Part shown: positions 18,724 through 27,575 of the stretch, piece by piece
Layout: every line of letters begins with the position of its first letter
Numbering within the stretch: position 1 is the first letter of the stretch
Assembly: GCF_014126825.1 (NCBI RefSeq)
Contig: NZ_CP059900.1
Span: 1,780,954-1,812,953 of the forward strand
Length of the DNA: 32,000 nucleotides
Direction of reading: 5' to 3'
Source: Tomitella gaofuii
GTDB taxonomy: Bacteria; Actinomycetota; Actinomycetes; Mycobacteriales; Mycobacteriaceae
Translations under genes and position numbers: made by a program
Notes under the pieces: generated by a model
What the model saw: the letters and a program-made list of their open reading frames with translations, nothing else
What the model was told of the DNA's origin: nothing
Databases searched by the model: none

Positions 18724-18734
18724 GAGGAGTCGTC

Positions 18735-19952
18735 ATGACCGTCACCGCAGGGCCCCGTGTCTACGATCCGTTCGACGAGGCGTTCCAGGCCGATCCGTAC
18801 CCCGCCTACCGCGCGCTGCGCGACGACGACCCGGCGCACCGGCACGACGATCCGCCGTTCTGGGCGCTCTCGCGGTTCGAGGACGTCTGGCGCGCGGTCC
18901 GCGACAACGCGGCGTTCTCGTCGGAACAGGGGCTGACGTTCCACCCGGACGAGATCGGCGCGCTGGGCCTCGCCCCGACCATCGTCATGCTCGACCCGCC
19001 CCGGCACACGCGCTTGCGCAGCCTCATCGCGAAGGGGTTCACGCCGCACCGCGTCATGTCGATGGAGCCGGACATCCGCGCGTTCGTGCGTGCGCGGCTC
19101 GACGATGCGGGCGCCAGGGCCGCGGCCGGCGAGGACGTCGACCTGCACCGCGAGTTCTCCTCGCCCATACCGACGTTCGTCCTCGCCGAACTGTTCGGCC
19201 TTCCCGACGGCGACCGCGGGTTGTTCGACCCGTGGGTGCGGGCGCTCACCGCCATCCAGGACGGGGGCTTCGACCTGGGCGTGCTGGACGCGAAGGATGC
19301 GGTCGCGGAGATGTTCGGGTACTTCTCCGAGCTCATCAAGGAGCGGCGGGCGCATCCGGGCGAGGACATGATCAGCGTGCTCACCCAGGCCGAACTGGAC
19401 GGGGAACGGCTCACCGACTGGGACATCCTGGGCTTCTGCTTCGTGCTGGTGGCCGGCGGCAATGACACCACCGGCAATCTCATCAGCCACGGCGTGATGC
19501 TGCTCGACTCGGACCACCGCCAGCGCGAACTGGTCGCGGCGGACAAGGACCTCATCCCCGGCGCGCTGCTGGAGTTTCTGAGGCTGGAGGGCTCCGTGCA
19601 GGGGCTGGCCCGCACCACGCTGCAACCGGTCCGCATCCACGGCATCGAGATCCCGGAGGGGCAGAAGGTGATGATGCTCTACGGCTCGGCCAACCGCGAC
19701 GAGCGCGAGTTCGGGCCCGACGCGGACGCGCTCGACGTCACCCGGAAGATTCCGCGCCACCTGGGATTCAGCAGCGGCGTGCACTTCTGCATCGGCTCGC
19801 ACCTGGCGCGCCTGCAGGCGCGCATCGCCTTCGAAGAACTGCTGGCCCGGCACCCGCACGTGGGCGTGGACCTGGGCCGCGCGGAACGCCTCCGCTCGGC
19901 ATTCACCCGCGGCTGGGTGCGGCTGCCCGCCACCGGGCTCGACGCGACCTGA
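18735..19952 (+). CDS. Cytochrome P450
   Basis: Track ORF 18735..19952. The heme-thiolate loop reads FSSGVHFCIGSHLARLQ, with an ExxR context (LLEFLRLE) and an I-helix VAGGNDTT. No ferredoxin or reductase gene is adjacent. Confidence 0.95.
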   Translation: MTVTAGPRVYDPFDEAFQADPYPAYRALRDDDPAHRHDDPPFWALSRFEDVWRAVRDNAAFSSEQGLTFHPDEIGALGLAPTIVMLDPPRHTRLRSLIAKGFTPHRVMSMEPDIRAFVRARLDDAGARAAAGEDVDLHREFSSPIPTFVLAELFGLPDGDRGLFDPWVRALTAIQDGGFDLGVLDAKDAVAEMFGYFSELIKERRAHPGEDMISVLTQAELDGERLTDWDILGFCFVLVAGGNDTTGNLISHGVMLLDSDHRQRELVAADKDLIPGALLEFLRLEGSVQGLARTTLQPVRIHGIEIPEGQKVMMLYGSANRDEREFGPDADALDVTRKIPRHLGFSSGVHFCIGSHLARLQARIAFEELLARHPHVGVDLGRAERLRSAFTRGWVRLPATGLDAT

Positions 19953-19978
19953 CGACGCGACCTGACGACGCGGTGTGA
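19940..19978 (+). repeat. Three tandem 13-bp units, each ending in TGA
   Basis: The units are CGACGCGACCTGA, CGACGCGACCTGA and CGACGCGGTGTGA. The first contains the P450 stop codon. Because 13 is not a multiple of 3, the three TGAs (19950, 19963, 19976) fall in all three forward frames. Confidence 0.85.
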
Positions 19979-20105
19979 CGACGACGCCGCACGGCGGGGC
20001 CGACGGTGCGCGGATCAGGGCGGGCGATTATCCTCGCGCCGGCCGGGCGAAAGCGCCTGCGCAGTGCAAGCACGGTGGCCCGCAGCGGCCGGAAAGAGGG
20101 GACGA

Positions 20106-20642
20106 GTGCGCGTCTCGAGCGGGAACAGGAATGCCGGGCTCATCGCCGGGGCGGTGGCGGCCGTGGCGCTGACGGTGACGGGATGTTCGTCGGGCGACGG
20201 GGGCGACGCCGCTGCGGCGAGCGCCACGACGGCGCCCACCGCATCGCCGGAGGCGGGAACGGCCGGACCGTCGGCCACGTGGACCCCGGCGCCCGCCCCG
20301 TCCGGCACACCGGTCCTCGCGCCGTCCGGGGCGGCCCCCGCACCGGACGGCGGGGATGAGGGCGACAGTGCACAACAGGAAGGCGGTGCACAGGCCGGCG
20401 GCGCACAGGGTGGCCAGGAACTGACGCGCGATCAGGTCACCGAGCAGCTCAAAATGCTGCTGGGCGATCCGGACGAGGCGCGCTGGGAAGGCGACACGTT
20501 GCGTGTCACGATGAGCTGGGGCTCGGCGGACGTGGAAGGGATGGACGGCGTCTGCCAGGGTGCCCAAATGATCCTGCAGCAGTACAAGGGGACGCTGACC
20601 ATGGACTTCCCCGACGGCACCACACGCACGTGCACACAGTGA
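20106..20642 (+). CDS. Hypothetical lipoprotein (Ala/Pro/Gly-rich linker plus a small two-Cys C-terminal domain)
   Basis: Track ORF 20064..20642. The GTG at 20106 follows GGAAAGAGGGG. The signal has a lipobox (AVAAVALTVTGCSSG). I do not recognise a family. Confidence 0.65.
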   Translation: MRVSSGNRNAGLIAGAVAAVALTVTGCSSGDGGDAAAASATTAPTASPEAGTAGPSATWTPAPAPSGTPVLAPSGAAPAPDGGDEGDSAQQEGGAQAGGAQGGQELTRDQVTEQLKMLLGDPDEARWEGDTLRVTMSWGSADVEGMDGVCQGAQMILQQYKGTLTMDFPDGTTRTCTQ

Positions 20643-20677
20643 ACGGTTCCCGGTGATCATCCGCGACTGTTGACGAC

Positions 20678-20723
20678 GAACGCCGAGGGGCGGTCCGGTG
20701 ATCCGGGCCGCCCCTCGGCGTTC
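20678..20723. terminator. Long near-perfect hairpin between the convergent lipoprotein gene and glpX
   Basis: GAACGCCGAGGGGCGGTCCGG - tgat - CCGGGCCGCCCCTCGGCGTTC forms a 21-bp stem with a single T/G (wobble) position. No U-tract is present on either side. Confidence 0.55.
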
Positions 20724-20749
20724 GGCCGACGCTGCCGCGTCCGGCGGCG

Positions 20750-21763
20750 TCAGTGCTGGAAGTCCGGGGTGGTGTACTCGCGCAGCTTGGACAGCCGGTG
20801 CTGGGCGTCGATCATCCGCACGGTGCCGGACTTGGACCGCATGACGATGGACTGCGTGGAGGCGCCGCCCGCGCGGTAGCGCACACCACGCAGCAGGTCG
20901 CCGTCGGTGACGCCGGTGGCGCAGAAGAAGATGTTCTCGCCGGTCACCAGCTCCTCGGTGGTGAGGACCCGGGACACGTCGTGGCCGGCGTCGACGGCCT
21001 TCTGCCGCTCGGCGTCGTCGGTGGGGGCCAGGCGGCCGTGCAGCGCGCCGCCCATGCAGCGCAGCGCCGCGGCGGCGATGATGCCCTCGGGCGTGCCGCC
21101 GATGCCGACGAGCATGTCCACCCCCGAGTCCGGGCGCGCGGCAGCGATGGCGCCGGCCACGTCGCCGTCGGAGATCAGGCGGATCCGGGCGCCCGTGTCG
21201 CGGACATCCTGGATGAGCTGCGCGTGCCGGGGCCGGTCCAGGATGCACACGGTGACGTCGGAGACGTCCGAATGCTTGGTCTTGGCCACCCGGCGGATGT
21301 TCTCGGCCGTCGGCGCCGTGATGTCGATGACGTCCGCGGCGTCGGGCCCCACGGCGATCTTCTCCATGTAGAACACGGCCGACGGGTCGAACATCGCGCC
21401 GCGCTCGGCGCACGCCAGCACGGCGATGGAGTTCGGCATGCCCTTGGCCATGAGGGTGGTGCCGTCGATGGGGTCCACCGCCACGTCGCAATCGGGCCCG
21501 TCGCCGTTGCCGACCTCCTCGCCGTTGAACAGCATGGGCGCCTCGTCCTTCTCGCCCTCGCCGATGACGACCACGCCATGCATCGACACGGAGCTGATCA
21601 TGTGGCGCATGGCGTCGACGGCGGCGCCGTCCCCGCCCTCCTTGTCGCCGCGCCCCACCCAGCGTCCGGCGGCCATCGCCGCGGATTCCGTCACGCGGAC
21701 CAGCTCCATTGCGAGGTTGCGGTCCGGGGCCTCACGGTGGGTGGGTTGCGCGCTGGTCGTCAT
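20750..21763 (-). CDS. glpX: Class II fructose-1,6-bisphosphatase
   Basis: Track ORF 20750..21763. The protein is GlpX-like throughout ([40 protein letters not shown]). AGGAGG lies 9 nt upstream of the ATG. Confidence 0.95.
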   Translation of the reverse strand: MTTSAQPTHREAPDRNLAMELVRVTESAAMAAGRWVGRGDKEGGDGAAVDAMRHMISSVSMHGVVVIGEGEKDEAPMLFNGEEVGNGDGPDCDVAVDPIDGTTLMAKGMPNSIAVLACAERGAMFDPSAVFYMEKIAVGPDAADVIDITAPTAENIRRVAKTKHSDVSDVTVCILDRPRHAQLIQDVRDTGARIRLISDGDVAGAIAAARPDSGVDMLVGIGGTPEGIIAAAALRCMGGALHGRLAPTDDAERQKAVDAGHDVSRVLTTEELVTGENIFFCATGVTDGDLLRGVRYRAGGASTQSIVMRSKSGTVRMIDAQHRLSKLREYTTPDFQH

Positions 21764-21867
21764 CGGGCGATACCTCCTGGGAGCGTGTGGGATGGATTCT
21801 CGCAGAGTGTGCCACGAGGGGTGGCACCGGACTCGGTGTGCGGAACGGCGGCTGCGATACTGGTGTC

Positions 21868-22440
21868 GTGGCAGCCGACAAGCCGAGACTTTTCCACAGC
21901 AACCGCGACCTGGCGCTGTCGCTCATCCCATTGGTGATCATCTGCCTGGTCGTCGCGGGGCTCGCCGGCCAGTGCTCGTTCAGTCCCGGCGGACCTTCGC
22001 AGGGGCAGATCCCCCATTACGAGGCGGGTCCGGTGCTGCGCACCGACGCGATGAGGTACCAGTTCCCCATCCGCGAGCCCGCCAAGCCCGAGGGCTGGCA
22101 CACCAACTCGGGCGGCAACGACGCGATCGACGGCAACGACGGCGGCGTCGCGGTGCGTGTGGGGTACATCACCGACTCCGGCGACTACCTCGAGGTGGTG
22201 CAGACCAACGCACGGCCGGCGGCGCTCGTCCGCTACATGGTGGACGAGAACCGCCCCGCGACCGGCAGCGAGTCCGTGGCAGGCGTCGAATGGACGGTGT
22301 ACGCCCGCGAGGGTGCGGAGCCTGTATGGGCGGCCGATCGCGGCGACGTCCGATGGGGCATGACGGGCAGGGCGGGGGAGTCGGACCTGCGCCGGATGGC
22401 GACGGAACTGGCGCAGGCGCCCCCGCTGCCGGACCAGTGA
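21868..22440 (+). CDS. Membrane-anchored conserved hypothetical protein (Rv1100-position, probably DUF4245)
   Basis: This is the C-terminal part of track ORF 21709..22440 from the GTG at 21868. It has one N-terminal transmembrane segment ([20 protein letters not shown]). It is divergent from glpX, as in mycobacteria. GATACT lies 6 nt upstream of the GTG. The family name is from memory. Confidence 0.6.
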   Translation: MAADKPRLFHSNRDLALSLIPLVIICLVVAGLAGQCSFSPGGPSQGQIPHYEAGPVLRTDAMRYQFPIREPAKPEGWHTNSGGNDAIDGNDGGVAVRVGYITDSGDYLEVVQTNARPAALVRYMVDENRPATGSESVAGVEWTVYAREGAEPVWAADRGDVRWGMTGRAGESDLRRMATELAQAPPLPDQ

Positions 22441-22504
22441 CCGACGCCGGACCGGTGTCCGATACCCGGCGGGGTGCCGCGTTCCGGCGGCGACGTATCG
22501 CAGC

Positions 22505-23092
22505 TCACACGGGCCGCGGGTCGCGGCCGAGGAACCCCAGGAACCGCTCGTAGGCGGTGGCATCGGGTCCTACGTCCACCGGATCGGCGAACATGCCGGG
22601 GGCGCGGATCGGGCCGCTCGTGGACGACAGGGCGAATGCCAGCGCCTCGGGGTCCACGTCGATGGGCGCACCGACGGCGCTGCCGATGTCCCAGGCGTGG
22701 GCCAGCAGGTCGGCGACGAGGATGGTGGCGAAATCCCCGGCCGTGGCCTCAGGCTTGGCTCTGCGCAGAAACTCCGGACCCGGCAGCCCCAGCCCGCCCG
22801 TCGCCATCGCCGCATCCGCCGCCCGCCGGGCCCGGTGGAACTCGACAGCCGGGTCCGCGCCGCCGAGGTGTTGCCCCGGCGACGGGGTGCCGGGCGTGCC
22901 CCAGGGCGCGATCTCGTCCTGCCCGCCGGCAGCAGCAGTGATCACGTCCCGGCCCCAGACGACGTGGGCGGCCACATCGCGCAGTGTCCATTCGGGGCAG
23001 CGCGAGGTGCGGTCCCACGCGTCCGGTGGGACGGCGGCCAGGACCTTGTCGACGGTGTCTGCGGCGCTGCGATTGGCTGCGATCACGTCCAT
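22505..23092 (-). CDS. DinB-fold / mycothiol-dependent maleylpyruvate-isomerase-N-terminal-domain family protein (TIGR03086-like)
   Basis: Track ORF 22505..23170. I prefer the ATG at 23092. The pattern VPPDAWDRTSRCPEWTLRDVAAHVV is typical of this family. Confidence 0.65.
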   Translation of the reverse strand: MDVIAANRSAADTVDKVLAAVPPDAWDRTSRCPEWTLRDVAAHVVWGRDVITAAAGGQDEIAPWGTPGTPSPGQHLGGADPAVEFHRARRAADAAMATGGLGLPGPEFLRRAKPEATAGDFATILVADLLAHAWDIGSAVGAPIDVDPEALAFALSSTSGPIRAPGMFADPVDVGPDATAYERFLGFLGRDPRPV

Positions 23093-23132
23093 GGGTCGAT
23101 CATGCTCCGAACGTGCGGCCGCGGTGACGGTT

Positions 23133-23375
23133 TTATGCTTCCCCGGCGTCCCCGGCCTGGTCGGGTTCATCCTCCTGCAGTGCCTTCTCGATGCGGCGGC
23201 GCGCGCCGTCGAGGTGGAATTCGCAGCGCTTCGCCAGTTTCTCGCCGCGCTCCCACAGCGCGAGGGAGGCGTCGAGGTCCAGTCCGCCCTGCTCGAGCAC
23301 GCGGACCACGTCGACGAGCTCGTCGCGCGCTTGCTCGTAGCCGAGATCTTCCACGGGCGTCTCAGTTTCGTTCAC
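23133..23375 (-). CDS. xseB: Exodeoxyribonuclease VII small subunit
   Basis: Track ORF 23133..23375 with a GTG start and AGGGGA upstream. The core reads [42 protein letters not shown]. Confidence 0.9.
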   Translation of the reverse strand: MNETETPVEDLGYEQARDELVDVVRVLEQGGLDLDASLALWERGEKLAKRCEFHLDGARRRIEKALQEDEPDQAGDAGEA

Positions 23376-23457
23376 GTGCCTGTTCCCCTGTCATCGACTG
23401 CTTGAAGTCTGCGGACCCGTGCGGGCCCGTCCGGTGATGCCGGCGGTGCGCGTGCGG

Positions 23458-24746
23458 TCAGGTGTCACGGTTGATCACCGCGGCCCGCACCGCGCCGTCC
23501 GCCACCCGCACCCGCAGCTGCGCGCCCGGCGGCGCGTCGTCGACAGTGCGGAGAACCTCCGCCGTGCCGTCCGCGCGGATGTGCTGGACCACGGCGTAAC
23601 CGCGGTCGAGCGTGGCCGAGGGGCCCAGCGTGGCCAGGCGTGCGCGCAAATGCTCGACCGACTGCCGCTCCGAGTCGACCGCGCGCCGCACGTCCCGCCG
23701 CACCGCGTCACGCAGCCGCAGCACCTCGTCGTCCAGACGTGCTATCGCGCCGAGCGGATCGGCCAGGACGGGGCGGCTGCGGATCTGCTCCAGCCCGCGG
23801 ACCTCCCGGTCCACCCAGCCGCGCAGGGCCCCGCGCTGCGGGTGCGCAGCTCCGCCAGCAGCGCCCGCTCCGCCGCGACGTCCGGGACAACGCGCTTCGC
23901 CGCGTCGGTGGGCGTGGCGGCGCGGAGGTCGGCGACGAGGTCCAGCAGCGGGCTGTCGGGCTCGTGCCCGATCGCGCTGACCACGGGAGTGGTGGCGGCG
24001 GCGACCGCCCGGCACAGCGCCTCGTCGGAGAACGGCAGCAGGTCCTCCACGCTCCCGCCGCCGCGGGCGATGATGATCACCTCGACCTCGGGGTCGGCGT
24101 CGAGCTCGCGGAGTGCGTCCACCACCTGCGGTACCGCGGACGTGCCCTGCACGGCGGTGTTGCGCACCGTGAACCGCACGTCGGCCCAGCGTTGCTGTGC
24201 GACGGAGAGCACGTCACGCTCGGCGGCGCTCGCCCGGCCGGTGATCAGCCCGATCGTCCCCGGCAGGAACGGCAAGGGGCGCTTGAGGCGCGGATCGAAC
24301 ATGCCCTCCGCTGCGAGGAGCTTGCGCAGCCGCTCGATGCGGGCGAGCAGCTCGCCGATGCCCACGGCCCGGATCTCGGTGACCCGCAGCGACAACGTGC
24401 CCCGGCCGGTGTAGAAGGTCGGCTTGCCGTACACCACCACCCGGCTGCCCTCGGTGAGGGGGACGGGCGCATCGCGCAGCAGCGTGGGGGAACACGTGAC
24501 CTGCAGCGACATGTTGGCGGACGGGTCGCGCAGGACGACGAACGCCATCCGTGTGCCGGGACGGGCGTTGATCTGGGTGATCTCGCCCTCCACCCAGATC
24601 GAGCCCAGCCGGTTGATCCACTCGGAGATCTTCGTCGCGACGACGCGCACCGGCCACGGCTGCTCGGCACTGCTCGCTTGCGCCGATCCGGCCGGCCGGC
24701 CGCGGACGGCGCCCGCGGCGGCCGGCTGGCCGTCGGCGCCGGTCAC
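23458..24746 (-). pseudogene. xseA: Exodeoxyribonuclease VII large subunit, interrupted by a 1-nt frameshift near 23826..23832
   Basis: The N-terminal approx 305 codons are in the frame of track ORF 23742..25439 ([24 protein letters not shown] ... [30 protein letters not shown]). The conserved C-terminus is in the frame of ORF 23458..24015 ([25 protein letters not shown] ... [10 protein letters not shown]). The GTG start at 24746 overlaps the upstream stop (GTGA). Confidence 0.85.
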
Positions 24747-25360
24747 TTGCCCGCGACGCTGGTCAGCCGGTTCTCCAGCATCGTCAGGTACGGCGCGCGG
24801 GCCGACCCGGCGCGTTCGTAGTCCAGCAGGGCCGACAGGTCGCCGGTGCCCATGGCGCGCAGGCGCGTGCGCAGCTGGGCCAGCGTCAGGTCGTCGTACC
24901 CGATCTCGTCCGCGATCGCCGGGGCGCCGGGTTCGGCTACGTCCACGACGGCGGCCTCCCGGGCGCGGCCCCGGGTGGCCGCGCCCGGGGTGGAGTAGAG
25001 CGCGAACCTGCCGAGCGATCCATTGCCGTCGGCTGCCGGGCCCCGCCGCTCCGCGGCGTCCGCTCCCCCGGGAGTCGGGACGGAGCGTGCGGCCGGTGCG
25101 GGATCGCCGGCGTCGTCCGCCTCGTCGTCGAACACCGCCCACGCAGGCTTTTCCTTGGCCGGATACAAGAACGCAAAGGCGTCGTCGCCCCGGATGGCCA
25201 GACTGGTCATGGTCTGCTGCAAGCGCATGCTGCTCTGCAGCAGCAGACTCACCGAGGTCATCGGGAGTGCGACGGCGGTCGTCGGCAGCTGGCGGACCTC
25301 GTCGGCGACGGTGAGCACGATTCCGGCGGCGACGCGCGCCATGAACGGGGGACGGATCAT
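24743..25360 (-). CDS. Rv1109c-like lipid droplet-associated protein
   Basis: Track ORF 24743..25375. It resembles the mycobacterial Rv1109c/BCG1169c family as I recall it ([41 protein letters not shown]). The start is uncertain: either the ATG at 25360 (GGAGG only 1 nt upstream) or the GTG at 25375. Confidence 0.7.
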   Translation of the reverse strand: MIRPPFMARVAAGIVLTVADEVRQLPTTAVALPMTSVSLLLQSSMRLQQTMTSLAIRGDDAFAFLYPAKEKPAWAVFDDEADDAGDPAPAARSVPTPGGADAAERRGPAADGNGSLGRFALYSTPGAATRGRAREAAVVDVAEPGAPAIADEIGYDDLTLAQLRTRLRAMGTGDLSALLDYERAGSARAPYLTMLENRLTSVAGK

Positions 25361-25425
25361 GCCTCCAGGGTGCACTATGCGTGTCGCACCGGAAAGCGCA
25401 AGGTGTGTTCTGTCGTGTCGGTACG

Positions 25426-25431
25426 TACCCT
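25426..25431 (+). promoter_or_regulatory. Candidate -10 hexamer (TACCCT) placed for a leaderless ispH transcript
   Basis: The sequence is TACCCT - gggggc (6 nt) - ATG(25438). This is a sequence match only. Confidence 0.3.
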
Positions 25432-25437
25432 GGGGGC

Positions 25438-26460
25438 ATGTCTGCTTCTGTTGATGCTGTCGGCCGGAATGCTGTCGGCCGGGATGGTGCCGGCGGTGGG
25501 AAACGCGTACTCCTTGCGGAACCGCGCGGATACTGCGCCGGTGTCGACCGGGCCGTGGAGACGGTCGAGCGCGCGCTGGAGAAGCACGGCGCCCCCGTTT
25601 ACGTGCGCAAGGAGATCGTGCACAACCGGCACGTGGTGGACACGCTGACCGAGCGCGGTGTGGTGTTCGTCGATGAGACGGACGAGGTCCCCGAGGGGGC
25701 GATCCTCGTGTTCTCCGCGCATGGCGTATCGCCGGCGGTGCGGGACTCCGCGGACGAGCGCAGCCTGCACACTATCGACGCGACCTGCCCGCTGGTCACC
25801 AAGGTGCACCAGGAGGCCAAACGGTTCGCCCGCGGCGACTACGACATCCTTCTCATCGGCCACGACGGTCACGAAGAGGTCGAGGGGACCGCAGGCGAGG
25901 CGCCGGAGCATGTGCAGCTGGTCAGCGGGCCGGAGGCCGTGGGCTCGGTCACGGTGCGCGACGAGGACAAGGTCATCTGGATCTCGCAGACCACCCTCAG
26001 CGTGGACGAGACGATGGAGACCGTGCGCAAGCTGCGCGAGCGCTTCCCCAAGTTGCAGGACCCGCCGTCGGACGATATCTGCTATGCGACGCAGAACCGG
26101 CAGGTGGCGGTGAAGGAGATGGCGCCGCGGTGCGACCTGGTGATCGTCGTCGGCTCGCGCAACTCATCCAATTCGGTGCGACTCGTGGAGGTCGCGCTGC
26201 AGGCGGGCGCCCAGGCGGCGCACCTGGTGGATTACGCACGCGAGGTCGACCCGGCCTGGCTGAAGGGCGTGACGACGGTGGGCGTCACCTCTGGTGCTTC
26301 CGTGCCTGAGGTGCTCGTCCGCGGCGTGCTCGATCTGCTGAGCGAGCACGGCTTCGGCGATATCGAGACGGTGCGCACCGCGCAGGAGTCGTTGGTCTTC
26401 TCACTTCCACGGGAGCTGCGGCCCAGCCGGATGCTCAAGGTGGCGGACGTCACCAGCTGA
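25438..26460 (+). CDS. ispH: 4-hydroxy-3-methylbut-2-enyl diphosphate reductase
   Basis: This is the C-terminal part of track ORF 25381..26460 from the ATG at 25438. Fe-S cysteine contexts are [18 protein letters not shown] and [10 protein letters not shown]. Confidence 0.95.
   Translation: MSASVDAVGRNAVGRDGAGGGKRVLLAEPRGYCAGVDRAVETVERALEKHGAPVYVRKEIVHNRHVVDTLTERGVVFVDETDEVPEGAILVFSAHGVSPAVRDSADERSLHTIDATCPLVTKVHQEAKRFARGDYDILLIGHDGHEEVEGTAGEAPEHVQLVSGPEAVGSVTVRDEDKVIWISQTTLSVDETMETVRKLRERFPKLQDPPSDDICYATQNRQVAVKEMAPRCDLVIVVGSRNSSNSVRLVEVALQAGAQAAHLVDYAREVDPAWLKGVTTVGVTSGASVPEVLVRGVLDLLSEHGFGDIETVRTAQESLVFSLPRELRPSRMLKVADVTS
25456..25485 (+). repeat. In-frame 15-bp tandem duplication in the ispH N-terminal extension
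   Basis: GCTGTCGGCCGGAAT / GCTGTCGGCCGGGAT (14/15 identical) encode [10 protein letters not shown], upstream of the conserved core ([15 protein letters not shown]). Confidence 0.8.
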
Positions 26461-26510
26461 CCGTCGATCCTGGTCCGCTCCGCGGAGCGCAGTCGAGGAT
26501 CCAGACGCCG

Positions 26511-26550
26511 ATGCGGCCCGCGCGAAGCACGCGCGGGCCGCATTTTCTGT
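26511..26550 (+). terminator. Canonical intrinsic terminator downstream of ispH
   Basis: ATGCGGCCCGCGCG - aagca - CGCGCGGGCCGCAT forms a 14-bp perfect stem followed directly by TTTTCTGT. Confidence 0.7.
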
Positions 26551-26576
26551 CCGTCGATTCGTGGCGCGGTGCGGGT

Positions 26577-27575
26577 TCAGTCGCCCCGGTAGCGCACATG
26601 GGGGACGGGATGCGCGGGATCTGCGTCGTGCATACGCGCGGCGCCGCGGTGCCCGTCCGCGGCGTGCCCGACGGCGACTCTGCGGGCTGCGCGCGCCGCA
26701 GTGCCGTCGGGCGACGATGTCCGTGGCATGCGCCGGGACTCGACCCGCGCAGCCGCGGCGACTTCGCCGGAGGTCGTCCTTCGTCGGGGGCTCGTGCCGG
26801 CACGCGGCGGCACGGGATTCGACCGGGGCGTGCCGCCGGCGTCGCGCGGCCCGCCGGGCTCGAAGGGAGGATCCGCCGCCGCGGCGCGGCGGCGGGACCG
26901 CCCGGGATCGCCGCCGGAGCGTGTTCGGCCCTGCGCGCGTGTGCGTTCGTCTCGGCTGTCGGCCGCAGCCGTTGCGGAGCGCGCCGCCCTGCCGCGGTCG
27001 ACGCGGCGTGCACCTCGTGCCGGCCTCTGCCGGTTTCCTCCCGGCGAGGGCGTGTCGTCTGCTGCCGGTCCGCCGGCCGACGTCTTCTTCGCCGGGTTCT
27101 TGGTCGTTCCACGGGCGGCGACCCGCCGTTCCTGCACGTAGAGCGTGAGCCGGAATGCGCCGATGACGACCACGATGACGGTCGTCACGATCATCGTGGG
27201 GAACCTGTCGATCAGCGGGAGCGCCATATCGAACAGGATTCCCTTGAGCCCCGCGGCAGGGTTGTCCGCGAAACTCCGGTACGCCAGGGGCACCGCGACG
27301 AGCAGAATCAGAGGCGGTTGCGCCATCGCGGTGAACAGCGACCGGTTGCGCACCATCAGCACCGCCGCGACGCATCCGAGGAAGTACAGGACTGTGAAGA
27401 TCCACGTCAGCTGGCTGCCGCGGGCGGAGTCGACGAGGAACCCGACAAGGGTGGCCGCGACCGCGCAGGCCAGAGCGCCCCACCAGGGCACGCCGGGCGT
27501 CGTGGCCAGGACTGAGCGTTGGTCCAGGGGTACCCGGCCGCGGCGTCGCGGCGAGGTGCGCGGTGAATCGGTCAC
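26577..27575 (-). CDS. Integral membrane protein with a long Arg/Pro/Gly-rich disordered tail (Rv1111c-position, probably DUF6542)
   Basis: Track ORF 26577..27575. The GTG start overlaps the rmuC stop (GTGA). There are about four hydrophobic segments (WWGALACAVAATLVGFLV, IFTVLYFLGCVAAVLMV, PPLILLVAVPLAY, MIVTTVIVVVIGAF) followed by about 190 low-complexity residues. The family name is from memory. Confidence 0.7.
   Translation of the reverse strand: MTDSPRTSPRRRGRVPLDQRSVLATTPGVPWWGALACAVAATLVGFLVDSARGSQLTWIFTVLYFLGCVAAVLMVRNRSLFTAMAQPPLILLVAVPLAYRSFADNPAAGLKGILFDMALPLIDRFPTMIVTTVIVVVIGAFRLTLYVQERRVAARGTTKNPAKKTSAGGPAADDTPSPGGNRQRPARGARRVDRGRAARSATAAADSRDERTRAQGRTRSGGDPGRSRRRAAAADPPFEPGGPRDAGGTPRSNPVPPRAGTSPRRRTTSGEVAAAARVESRRMPRTSSPDGTAARAARRVAVGHAADGHRGAARMHDADPAHPVPHVRYRGD

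Noticed and set aside
26477-26488. Perfect 12-bp palindrome GCTCCGCGGAGC just downstream of ispH
   Set aside because: It is loop-less, lies in a convergent 3' region, and has no partner site or adjacent promoter. The canonical terminator at 26511..26550 explains this spacer.
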